From: Phoronis australis
Taxonomy: Eukaryota; Animalia; Phoronida
Assembly (NCBI GenBank): GCA_002633005.1
Contig: NMRA01000208.1
Coordinates: 597,606 to 661,605, forward strand
DNA length: 64,000 nucleotides
Direction: 5' to 3'
In this document: in pieces, positions 26,962-39,200 of the stretch
Layout of the letters: each line of letters starts with the position of its first letter
Position numbering within the stretch: the first letter of the stretch is position 1
The notes under the pieces: model-generated
What the model was told of the DNA's origin: nothing
What the model saw: only the letters and a program-made list of their open reading frames with translations
The model's database searches: none
Position numbers and translations under genes: made by a program

Positions 26962-28754
26962 GATTAAAATGGCTGAAACAATGTACGGGATTATTAATTT
27001 AGTCTTACCAGCAGCTCAGGAGCATGAAAGTGACATACTATTTATGACAGAAATCCGGTCTAACACTCCCATTTCATAATTGTTGAAAAAAAGTTTAGCC
27101 AAATAATTATGAACGCATGACATTCTAGAAATAATTTATATAAATATTCTCAGCATCTAGAAGTTATGTATTTATTCTCAGAGATTTGGCATATTTGCTC
27201 AAGTGACATTTAATTATCTTTAAATTCCAGCTGTGATCTGCTAAACGTCAGTCCTGGACCAGCAAACACAGAACCCACAAAGTGATTTGAGAAACACTTC
27301 CTATTGAATAATTGTTATTTCAGTGCGAATATCTGGTTCTCAAATCACTTTTAGTCAGGGACCCACCTATCCAATTATTACCGCACATAGGTTCAGACAT
27401 AAAATATCAATGTACATACAGAAAACAAAGACTTGTGCTTGTGGGCACAGAAATTATAACTCATCCGACAAGGCTTCAATAGGCCTTTCTCAAAATTTAT
27501 GCATGACTCACATTCCAATCCCAGATGGAGGCTAGTACTGACCAGTCTACAGGAAGCTGTCTGTTTACAGTGAATCTCTACATAAACAATTGCACACTGC
27601 TGTGTCTCTTGTTGCACAAATAACCGAAGAAGAAACAAAGTAGTGTCATTTCATCAATATCTTACTGACAAAGAGTTAATACGAAGTGGCTAGTGAAGAT
27701 TTGCAGATACAATGGGCCAACTTTGCAAGTAAATTATGACACAATCTGATATCAGCTCTAGTCAACTTTAGTGTATCACCAGTGGCCGTGATGCTAACTT
27801 TCAATGAAGAACATCATTTCCTAGTAGCACTTTGAACTTCTACAAAGTAAAAATTTATTTTAAATAATTTCTAGAATTTAAAAAAAATGACAAACTTTGA
27901 ATGTTCTACAAACTCAGTCACAAAAACCGAGACTTAATTAATTCACAGAGACTTCTTGAGTTGTCAGGCTGGACTGAAGACAGTCATATAGATTTGTATA
28001 TATTGCAGAAAACTGCAGGTCACACACATACCCTCTCAAGTTCACGAATGAATCATTTCACAGTAAAACAAGCAGTCATGCAATGATGCAAACACTGGTG
28101 TAAACCCCGACTTTCATAATTTTTACAACTAAAAACCGTTTTGAACCTGAAAAGTTCAATTTCATGTTAACCACGTAGATATTCTCTTAGTAAAGGAATG
28201 TATATATATGAATAGTATGTAACCATTTGCTGTATTGGAAGTTATACGGGTGTATATTAGCAAAGTTGGCAGACCTGGGTGTATTAATTATAGTCCCCTT
28301 GATGGTCTTTTCGCTTTTCTGTAGCTTTATAGAAGGATTGCTGGAGCAAAATTTGTCAGAACGTTTCAATTGCTCAGTAGCAACAGAAAGTAGGAAAATA
28401 CTGACCTGGGCAAATCAGCTGACAGCTCAACAACAACTGAAGAATGTTTATGCAGCCTGTAAAAGTGTTGAAGTTATGTAACTTTCACTGGAGTACTTGT
28501 ACCCTTTGGACAGATAATTCTTGCCAGATGACTATGAAGACTTTTTACAATAAGATTCAACAAAGCTAAATGTAACATGTATGTTTGGAACAAATGTAAG
28601 GTCACCGTTGATCAGTCAGCACAGAGGGCTGCATGAAGTAGTTTATCAGTATAAGCCTCTCTTTGGATTTTCTCTTAATATTCATGAGGTAATATTAAGA
28701 AAGGTCTATCCTCAGTGCTAACGAAACTGAACTAAGTCACTTAACACTAACACA

Positions 28755-28800
28755 GGAGACCGCCATGTTGTGAATTCAGCGCCGCCACACAGCTGTTGCA
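28755..28800 (-). promoter_or_regulatory. Candidate RNF14 promoter / 5' UTR region with a YY1-like motif
   Basis: The minus strand reads AACATGGCGG in a CpG-containing patch 1.8 kb upstream of the ATG. The ATG exon has a splice acceptor at 26973-26974, implying an upstream non-coding exon. Confidence 0.35.
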
Positions 28801-29695
28801 TAATGAGACAGACACCACAGGTGTGCGTTCAGTAGACGCTAGGACCTACGCTAGGACCTAGCCAAAAGCTAGTAAAGGTCACGTGTTCATATTTAAATAC
28901 ACTGAAATATCTCGCGTAATCTCGCAAAGTCTTGCTTTTAAGCTAGGTCCCAGCGTTACTGAACGGGAGGCAGACGAGATCGTCTCGTACACGAGTCGGC
29001 TTTGTCCGGCTCAGTCGGCCGTTGTCGCCCCGCGGCCAAAGATGTTACAGTTACCTGGGATATAGTATCTTTGCCGCGGTGGCGTTACGTCCAGAGCAGT
29101 GCAGAAGTGGCGCCGGCGGGGCTACACCCCCGGGCATCCAATCAACTATGTAAAAGCTTTTTGAAATATTGTCATTGATTTGTAGTAGCCAAATAAAATT
29201 TCTCCTCCTGTATTTCATCTTCCATTTAGGAGAGTGGCATGCTATAAAAATCGCCCCGGGCACCACTGGCAAGAACTCTAGACGACATTGCACAAGACGG
29301 TACACAAGACATTTTTCCCGGCCCTGTTTTACCAGCGTGAAGAGCGATTTTACGAGCGAATAGGGGTGTAGATTCATAGGCGGATTTCAGCCTGAGGGGA
29401 GGCCGGGGAGGGCCGCACTGGGGCCCTGCCCCNCGTGAATAATAACGAACCAGACATGCCGCGTAACGGCCCGGCTGCGCCCGTACCCGCCCGGCGGTAC
29501 TGACCGTAATGCCGAGTGACACCAGGCGGGGACTGAGGGGCCGCATGACATGCCAGCGGCTACCTTCAGAGTTCGAAATGGCCGAATGAATTCATATGAA
29601 ACTTTTAGCTTTGGGCTTCTTCGGATATGGGCTCGAACACTGAAACGTGTCAAGTTCAGTGCTCGATCGTTCCAGTCAGCCCCGGGCTACCGACT

Positions 29696-32600
29696 CACAG
29701 CCTGTTGGTAAAAACTGTGTGTACTTGTGTGTGTGTGTGTGTCAGGTGTGTTCATGTGCGTGAGTGTGTGTGTATATATGCACCGCATGAGAATTTTTCG
29801 GCGATTTACCCGGCTATAGGGACACACGCACGAGAATTATCAGATCGAGAAAGAGACTAAACGGGCTCCGGCGGTCACGAGAGTCTGAGGAACCGGCTTT
29901 ACACAGACAACTACGAATTTTTCTGAACTTCTAGAGCATATTCTAGTGTTGGGACTATTTGTACCTACTAGGCTTCATGGATCATCTCAATCCACAAAAA
30001 AATCTCACGAGTGACAAACGCTTCTGGACTCAAGAATTTCGACGATGGTATAATTAATGCTTTTCAAACTCATCTTCAAAAGAAATGTTATTTCTGCGTG
30101 ACGTCTTAAAAGTGAAAATACATCGATGCTATTGTCGCAGTGGCCAAGTTTACCAAGAGTTTCGGTACTAGCCATTACGTAATACTATTGCCGTGGTTTG
30201 AATCTATCTCACTTTAATTGTGGGTGGGTTGCACTGACTTGATGCTGTGGTAACTTGCATCAAAATGTTTATTGGGCGATTCTTAACCCACTTCCCCAGC
30301 CACACGTGACTCGTTGACACAAGTTCTCTTTTAATTTTGATTGATCTCTCTTTTCGACTTCTTTATCGTCTTCCTCATTTGTTACCACTGAATGTGGTGC
30401 AGCTGGCTTTGCTCGAATTTCCATAAATTTTACCAGATATGGGGAGCAACTGACCGGTACCTAACCCTCGATAAATAGGCTTACCAGGGCCCATTTTCGA
30501 AAAGGTTCCGAAAAAGCCCCACCAACCTGGAAACCGAAGACGTATGAGGGGGCTTTTTCGGAAACGACTAGTACAGCGGTAGTGCTGTAGTGGGGCGTAG
30601 GCGCACGTAGGCGCAGCCATCCACTTTTTGGCATTTGAACATAGCGCCTACGCACCGTAAATTACGTTCAGTGCTAAAGGTGATAGGGTAGGCTTTGGGC
30701 GCCTACTTACCTCTAATTTTACCACCACAGTACTGTACAGCGGGCAGTTATACCGCCGGGGGAAATTGGATTTGTTTAGAATTTGTCTTTAGTCTAAACC
30801 ACAGTTCACAGTGAAATATTTACGCGCCGATACTGAATTGTTTTTTATAAATATATGAAAAAAATCTTTTACAATGCGAACAGACATTCACGTACCGTGA
30901 CGCACGCACTCACACCTAATCTAGTTGGCTACTAAAAAAAAAATAGTTACACCATCTCTTGTCTAAAATACCTAAATTTGAATTTTGCGAGTACTATATT
31001 TTTCATTTATATAGTACTTTTCGATGGACTTGTAATAAAGGCGCTCAAGAGCTACCTTTTCGAAACAAATTACTGACAAGAAATCAACTGTTTACCCAAT
31101 AGTGAAAATGTTTTCAAAAGTTTCTTGTTATGAAAAAGTACGACTTACAATATTGTTGTAGGAGAGTGTGCAGACACATGAGAGTGTGCAGACACATGAA
31201 TAATTCACTTTGTTTAAAATTTCAACATTTGTCCTTGTCCAAAATTAGCTCATCGTTTCACAGCCCCAAAATAAGTGCCTCGTCAAAGTCTCTTTAGATT
31301 GATTTGGTTTGTATTATCATTCGTTGTGCAGCGCGGAAATTGTCTTTTAGAGTCAAAGTTAGCAACGAGTTTATCTATTCCAGGTTCGTGAGCTAACATA
31401 TAAATCCCCAATCACGCATGAAAGGTCGCGACTTATCCACTCTCTTAAGTTTTAAACCAACTCGGCGGCGTGGCAAAAATTGACGCATAAATTTAGTGCA
31501 GCCTCTGTCTCCGTTGAGTAAAAACTGCGACAAAAGTCTAAGGTGAGCAAAGGTAAAACAATAACATTCAAAATGCCTTGGAGTGCGAAAATAAGACGTT
31601 TGCTGAATTGGCGAAAGCGAGAATTCAGGTGGAAACGGCTAAAAAATGAAAGCTTGATCCAAAGGCCAAACTCATCGAAATTCAATCCATGGGGAAAGTT
31701 CAACTTCGGACTAGCCTTAAAGATGTGAAAAGCGCAGCACATCGACGTCACTAAAACCTTGAAAACAGTCTTGATAACGGATTTTTGCTGCACTGAAATC
31801 TCGCTCTGGGTTTCCTTCATGGCGACCGCTCGTGTGTCGCGCTTGCATTGACTGGAACTACAAAGGACAATCACCACTTGACAGGTGCGTATTACCAGAG
31901 GGACAATTTCCATAAAAAGAAAGAAAATTTNCACAGCCTTTGGTAAAAACTGTGTGTACTTGTGTGTGTGTGTGTGTCAGGTGTGTGCATGTGCGTGAGT
32001 GTGTGTATATATATGCACCGCATGAGGATTTTTCGGCGATTTACCCGGCTATAGGGACACACGCACGAGAATTATCAAATCGAGAAAGAGACTAAACGGG
32101 CTCCGGCGGTCACGAGAGTCTGAGGAACCGGCTTTACACAGAAAACTAAGAATTTTTCTGAACTTCTAGAGCACATTCTAGTGGTAACCTGTTGGGACTA
32201 TTTGTACCTACTAGGCTTCATGGATCATCTCAATCCACAAAAAAATCTCACGACAAACGCTTTTGGACTCAAGAATTTCCACGATGGTATAATTAATGCT
32301 TTTCAAACTCATCTTCAAAAGAAATGTTATTTCTGCGTGACGTCTTAGAGTGAAAATACATCGATGCTATTGTCGCAGTGGCCAAGTTTACCAAGAGTTT
32401 CGGTACTAGCCATTACGTAATACTATTGCCGTGGATTGAATCTATCTCACTTTAATTGTGGGTGGGTAGCACTGACTTGATGCTGTGGTAAGTTGCATCA
32501 AAATGTTTATTGGGCGATTCTTAACCCACTTCCCCAGCCACACGTGACTCGTTGACACAAGTTCTCTTTTAATTTTGATTGATCTCTCTTTTCGACTTCT

Positions 32601-34279
32601 TTATCGTCTTCCTCATTTGTTATCACTGAATGTGGTGCAGCTGGCTTTGCTCGAATTTCCATAAATTTTACCAGATATGGGGAGCAACTGACCGGTACCT
32701 AACCCTCGATAAATACGCTTACCAGGGACCATTTTCGAAAAGGTTCCGAAAAAGCCCCACCAACCTGGAAACCGAAGACGTATGAGGGGGCTTTTTCGGA
32801 AACGACTAGTACAGCGGTAGTGCTGTAGTGGGGCGTAGGCGCACGTAGGCGCAGCCATCCACTTTTTGGCATTGAACAGGCACTTTTTGGCATTTGAACA
32901 TAGCGCCTACGCACCGTAAATTACGTTCAGTGCTAAAGGTGATACGGTAGGCTTTGGGCGCCTACTTACCTCTAATTTTACCACTACAGCATTGTACAGC
33001 GGGCAGTTATACCGCCGGGGGAAATTGGAATTTTTTTAAATTTGTTTTTAGTCTAAACCACAGCTCACAGTTAGTCTCCTGCACAGACCCTCGAGGTTGG
33101 TTCACAAGCAATCCGTGACGTCAACTTGTGAGGCCCGGGAACCAGGTTAAGCTCACAGTGAAATATTTACGCGCCGATACTGAATTGTTTTTTATAAATA
33201 TCAGAAAAAAATCTTTTACAATGCGAACAGACATTCACACACCGTGACGCACGCACTCACACCTAATCTAGTTGGCTACTAAAAAAAAAATAGTTACACC
33301 ATCTCTTGTCTAAAATACGTAAATTTGAATTTTGCGAGTACTATATTTTTCATTTAAATAGTACTTTTCGATGGACTTGTAATAAAGGCGCTCAAGAGCT
33401 ACCTTTTCGAAACAAACTACTGACAAGAAATCAACTGTTTACCCAATAGTGAAAATGTTTTCAAAAGTTTCTTGTTATGAAAAAGTACAACTTACAACAT
33501 TGTTGTAGGAGAGTGTGCAGACACATAAGAGTTTGCAGACACATGAATAATTCACTTTGTTTAAAATTTCAACATTTGTCCTTGTCCAAAATTAGCTCAT
33601 CGTTTCACAGTCCCAAAATAAGGGCCACGTCAAAGTCTCTTTAGATTGATTTGGTTTGTATTATCATTCGTTGTGCAACGCGGAAATTGTCTTTTAGAGT
33701 CAAAGTTAGCAACGAGTTTATCTATTCCAGGTTCGTGAGCTAACATATAAATCCCCAATCACGCATGAAAGGTCGCGACTTATCCACTCTCTTAAGTTTT
33801 AAACCAACTCGGCGGCGTGGCAAAAATTGACGCATAAATTTAGTGCAGCCTCTGTCTCTGTTGAGTACAAGCTACGACAAAAGTCTAAGGTGAGCAAAGG
33901 TAAAACAATAACATTCAAAATGCCTTGGAGTGCGAAAATAAGACGTTTGCTGAATTGGCGAAAGCAAGAATTCAGGTGGAAACGGCTAAAAAATGAAAGC
34001 TTGATCCGAAGGCCAAACTCATCGAAATTCAATCCATGGGGAAAGTTCAACTTCGGACTAGCCTTAAAGATGTGAAAAGCGCAGCACATCGACGTCACTA
34101 AAACCTTGAAAACAGTCTTGATAACGGATTTTTGCTGCACTGAAATCTCGCTCTGGGTTTCCTTCATGGCGACCGCTCGTGTGTCGCGCTTGCATTGACT
34201 GGACCTACAAAGGACAATCACCACTTGACAGGTGCGTATTACGAGAGGGACAATTTCCATAAAAAGAAAGAAAAATTTT
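29696..34279. repeat. ~2.3-kb near-identical direct duplication (29696-31930 and 31932-34279) split by an N; probable haplotype artefact
   Basis: The copies are colinear with scattered SNPs and indels; the junction is exactly the N at 31931. Confidence 0.9.
33072..33149. mobile_element. 78-bp MITE-like insertion with a 10-bp TSD
   Basis: AGCTCACAGT at 33062-33071 and 33150-33159. Imperfect ends TAGTCTCCTGCACAGACC / GGCCCGGGAACCAGGTTA. The empty site is visible in the first copy at ~30802-30812. Confidence 0.85.
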
Positions 34280-36209
34280 CGGGAGACAACGTACGTGTAT
34301 GCTAATGTTGCAAGAAAGCTGGGTATGTTTGCTGCATCAGAATCACTAACAAAAACTTTCGGAGCAACTAGGGTGCTAGGATCAGGGATTGGTGCTGATG
34401 AATACTCCACCATCAACTAGGGTGCTGGGACCCGTGATTGGTGCTGAGGAATACTGCACCATCAAGTTGCTCACAAGCTTTTCTACCAAGTGTTAAGGCA
34501 ATGGTGTGTACCAACCTTGAGTTGGAGTATAATACTTCTCACGCATTTTGCACTTTATTCAGGACATACACTACATTACAACACTCCACCATGGAAGAGT
34601 ACTCAACATGTAGACATCAGCTATGTAACAACAGTCAAATGGCTGCTAGAGAGTTGGGCCATAATTGGATTTCAATGACTTGAACGGATTTCAAAAACAT
34701 GATGTTCAATAGAAAAGAACTCTTTATTTCCACAAATAAACGGATTTTTCCGTCAAAAGTAAATTACGTCTGGCTTTCCTTTTGACCCATACTGCATCAA
34801 TTTTCCAAACATTCCATTTGCAGACACCTTGTTCTGAATGTAGATTAGAGTCTAGTTTTGGATGCGCCTGCTAAACAGTCTAAAAGTATCAATTTCCACA
34901 TACAACCCCTGGGAAATTCAAAAATTTTCATTATCACATGGCATTCACTATGCTTGACAAATCCAATACATGTTCTTTAAATCAGAATTTTGCACTTTAC
35001 CTAATAAATAGGATTTCATGCACATTTAAATGGATGAAATCCCAAATAAATACTGGTAGTGTGTATAAAGACTGATGATAGGGGTGGAGTCCCAATCTAG
35101 TTCACGCCACTACTCCCAAACACACCTGCTACGTTGCCTCTGTACACTCCATCATGTGGTGTCCCTAAGGATTCCTGTTGACTGTTGGAATACTGAAGCT
35201 TTAGTGACTCCTATTGGCAGGCATTGACACTATACTAGAGACAGTGAAATACCACGCATTTGTCAACAGCAGTGATTTGATACTACAGATACGATCAAAT
35301 TTTAATACGGTAAACAAAAATGTTAATACAGTAAACAAACTCATGAATAAAACTTTCCGGCATTAGTCCAGGAAAGTTTGGTGGAATTCAGAATAACAGA
35401 CAAAGTGCATCCCAATGCAAAAATATTTCAGATAAAAATTTTAGCAGAAAAATAACAGGATTGCAATTAGGCTTGTGTGTACTGAATTCCAATTGAAACC
35501 CTTATTTTTAGTGTCCAGATGTACATGTCTGATGGCAATCCTCCATATCATAATTAACTCACATTCTAAAGGTTTTCCCTCAATGGTTTCACATACATCT
35601 ACTTTTGGCACATCCATCCTCTGGTGTGTTGCTGTACCACAGGACAATCTAAGCAGAGCAGTGTGCCGCGAGAAATCTTTGACCATGTAATGGAAATAGT
35701 GAATTGCATCTCGCAATTCAACATTCCAACTTAACTGACCAATCATCTGTCACTGCCACTTTGCTACGGTAACCTAGTGCCGCTCTGAACACATTTACAA
35801 AACGCACTTCTTCCTGGTGTGATTTCACACAGTCTTGCATATTCATCGGTTTCTGGCATCTACAGATTACATCCCAAGATACAATTAACCTTGCCACTAG
35901 AGGGCATCACATCCTCTCCTCCCTGAATTGATCCACACAAGAATAGTTGAAAGTCACACCTTTCTGAGCTCTCGTCATTTGAACAAAGAACAACAATCTA
36001 ACAAGCTGGATACATTTTCAGGTATTGTCTCCCAAATTACACTCTCACTTGTAATTACAATGTAGAAATCCAGCAACAATAACAACACATCTGCTCCTTG
36101 CCTTTCCAACACCACCTTAAAAAGCCACTTATAACTGAAGCTTGTCTGTCAATGTCCTGTCCATCTCAACAGCCATTCAGCCACTTGTTCAAGCCTAAAG
36201 ACTACTTGA

Positions 36210-39200
36210 TCACAATATCTCCAGGTCAACATGTCTCAACTCAGGATGCCTTTGCTGGAGATAGAGGATGAAGAATTAGTACCATGTAGTAAGTTATCAG
36301 ACAGAAAGCAGTAAAACTCTTCACACAAAAGAATAACTGAATAGCATGTTATGCAATGTGAATATAATAAAACGTTGGAGGCAAAAAGAATAGAAATGAA
36401 CTTATTATAAAATATTAAATTAACAAAGATAATCATCAACATTCACGAAGTCCTTTTGCAATTCATCCAACAACTTGTCAACCATCCATTTTCAAACAAT
36501 AAAAGTTTATTCTGAATCCTTGACAGATTAAAAACATGAATTCCTGCCTCAGTACTTAACATTATCACTTACAATCATGTGAAAAGTCAATTTTTTCAAA
36601 AATTATCAATTTCTTTGTATTAATCACATGTTACCAAAAAACTTAAGCAGTGAGAAGACTTTGTGTTTGAATCAAATATTTTTCATAATACAAAAGGGAA
36701 CATATTGCTTTGATTTATCCTCAAACAACAGATAAGACAACTCTCCCAACATCTCTATAAAACAACATCCAAAGCTTTCAATTTTGATGGCAGACATCTT
36801 TGTTGTGCGGAGAAAGATCAAAAATCTGAGACATGGTTCTCTCGTTCATTGACCATAAAATAAGAGCGTAAAATTTCATGAAAATTCACCCATGAACTAA
36901 AAAGAAATCAATTATCAAAACTAATAAAAGCATAAACAATCGAAAGGTCTGAAAATGGCCGATAAAGAATTTTAATGTTAAAACATGTAAAGTCATCTCA
37001 AACAACTCACATACTTAGCACTCACAAACTTAACACATCGATATCAGTTTGAAGAAATGTTATGGATATCCATGGAAAATAAATAATAATTAATGCAATA
37101 TGTAAATATTGTATTTTTTTTTTAAATCTGGAAACTGCATGATTTCATCTTTGAACAATATTACTTGTTGAGCACTTATACTAATAATAATACTAATAAC
37201 AATGATGGGGATAATAAACCCAAAATGCATTTCACTGCACTGAAGCCAAATCTTCTTAAAAATCACACGTCAACATCATAGCAGGTGGATTTAGGGCATC
37301 CCATATGGACATGGTCAACAAGCAAACCACTTTTAGGTATAGAGAAAACAGAAAATCAGTTGTGGGACCCCATTTGTGATATAATAGAGATCTTTTTCAA
37401 ATGTTCACAGATCTCTTTCAAGAATGCCTATCAAGTAAACAGTTAAGTTTCAATATTCAGTATAAACACCCACCTTGAGGTTCCGCTCAATTCTGTCTAC
37501 CTCTCCACCCAGCATGTCTACGATATTCTCGCCGTGTTCTAGTAAAAAGTTCTCTACCTCCTCAGCTGTTGTGAAAGACTGCACTTCCTGTGAAAAGAAG
37601 GCTTCAATGAAGAAAGCTCAGATGGACGGCCTACATATGCACAGTTACAGTAGCAATACACTCTGTGGTATCTGTAAAAATAACCTTTAATTTAGATCAA
37701 TTATTGTATAGTTGTAAAATCATCTTATCTTGTTTCTTAGTCAGATTTCTAGGCTTGAGAAGAATTAGAAATGGTTTCACTGCTTCAGACAACTATATTA
37801 ATTTGGTTGTCATTGTCAAAGTGGGTTGGTTTGTGTCACCAAGGCGGTGCAGCAGTAAGGGAAGTTATATTGAAAATAGTTTAATGAATGCAAACAAAGG
37901 ACAAGAAAACGAGGATGTTAATTTGGAACAGCAAATACATCAGTGAGGAAAGGTGATAGATTTAAGGTTATGTACGTAAATTTGTGAATTTAGGCAAACA
38001 TCATCAAAGCTATAGATCATAACTCAGTAAAAGTGTATGCATTACAAAAGTTAAAAGAATGTAGAATTTAATTTTGACTTGGTCATGTGACCATGTATTT
38101 TTGGCAAACAATTGATCAGACCAGGTTGTAGGAGTTAGAACACCAACTCATGTGAGTTATAACACCAACTCGTGTGAGTTATTACACCAACTCATGTGAG
38201 TTATAACACCAACTCATGTGAGTTATTACACCAACTTGTTTGACTTGACACCAACTAGACTGAGTGATAACACCACCTGTTACAAGTGTTAACACATCAG
38301 TTGATGTTGTTGGTAGTAAGTGCACAACACTAACTACTGAGTCATCCGAGCTCTGCATAGAACTTAAATATGGAACCCTACATGGCTTCATATGTCATAC
38401 AACTTCTACGTTGTAGTTTCACTTTACCAGCCTTCTGTTAGATAACTGGCATGAAAGTAAAGTTTTTTTTTACCTAAATTCAAAATTCAAAAACTTGACA
38501 CGGTCACTAACCTTCAATATGAGTTCTATATCTTGATTATAAATATAAGAGCGAGTGATCTCCCGACCATCAAAGTCAACTTCAGCTTTAAACCTGACAT
38601 GTTTTCCTCCCATGTCTGTAGCCTTTATATCGTGCAGTGCTCTGTAAAGGAGTTTATAACCAATCACCAACAGATAAAGTATGACCTCATCAAAGTGTAT
38701 TTTACTGTGAAAATTCTCCAGTTTGGGACACTGAAAAATTTAATATTTTGTTCAAAGTCGGGGCTTGTACCAAATTTTAGCAATATTGGCTGTTCCAAAT
38801 TATGAGAAAGAAAAAATTATGTTGAAAGGTATTTGTCACAGTTTTATTTCAGACTTTATTGATACAAAATGCAGTATCCAATAATTGAACACCAAAATTG
38901 CCTTTGTCTCAATCTTCAGAATCAAGAAAATTCAAATTTGCTTTGAATTTCAGTGTCTTAAATTTTAAAGTGTCCCAAAGTAATAACACTATTGTTAAAG
39001 TAAAACAAACATAAGACTCCTAAGACAGAATTTCTCAGTACTCCCTTTCTAGTTAGCAAACTTTGCCCTATATTGGATTTTGCTTTTCATATAACCAAGT
39101 TTTTCAAGTTTCACTAATCTTGAGCATGAATCCATTTTTGAGAGCATGTTTTATCATTTGCTCCACATGACAAGGTAACTAGTATATTTAGATTTCTCAC

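Noticed and set aside
33799-34416. 205-aa minus-strand ORF (and its 160-aa twin at 31452-31934) as a real gene
   Set aside because: No recognisable domain or splice support. The twin exists only because of the duplication.
34590-34630. KSTQHVDISY resembling the Ty1/copia RNase H motif KHID
   Set aside because: An isolated motif with no RT, integrase or LTR support.
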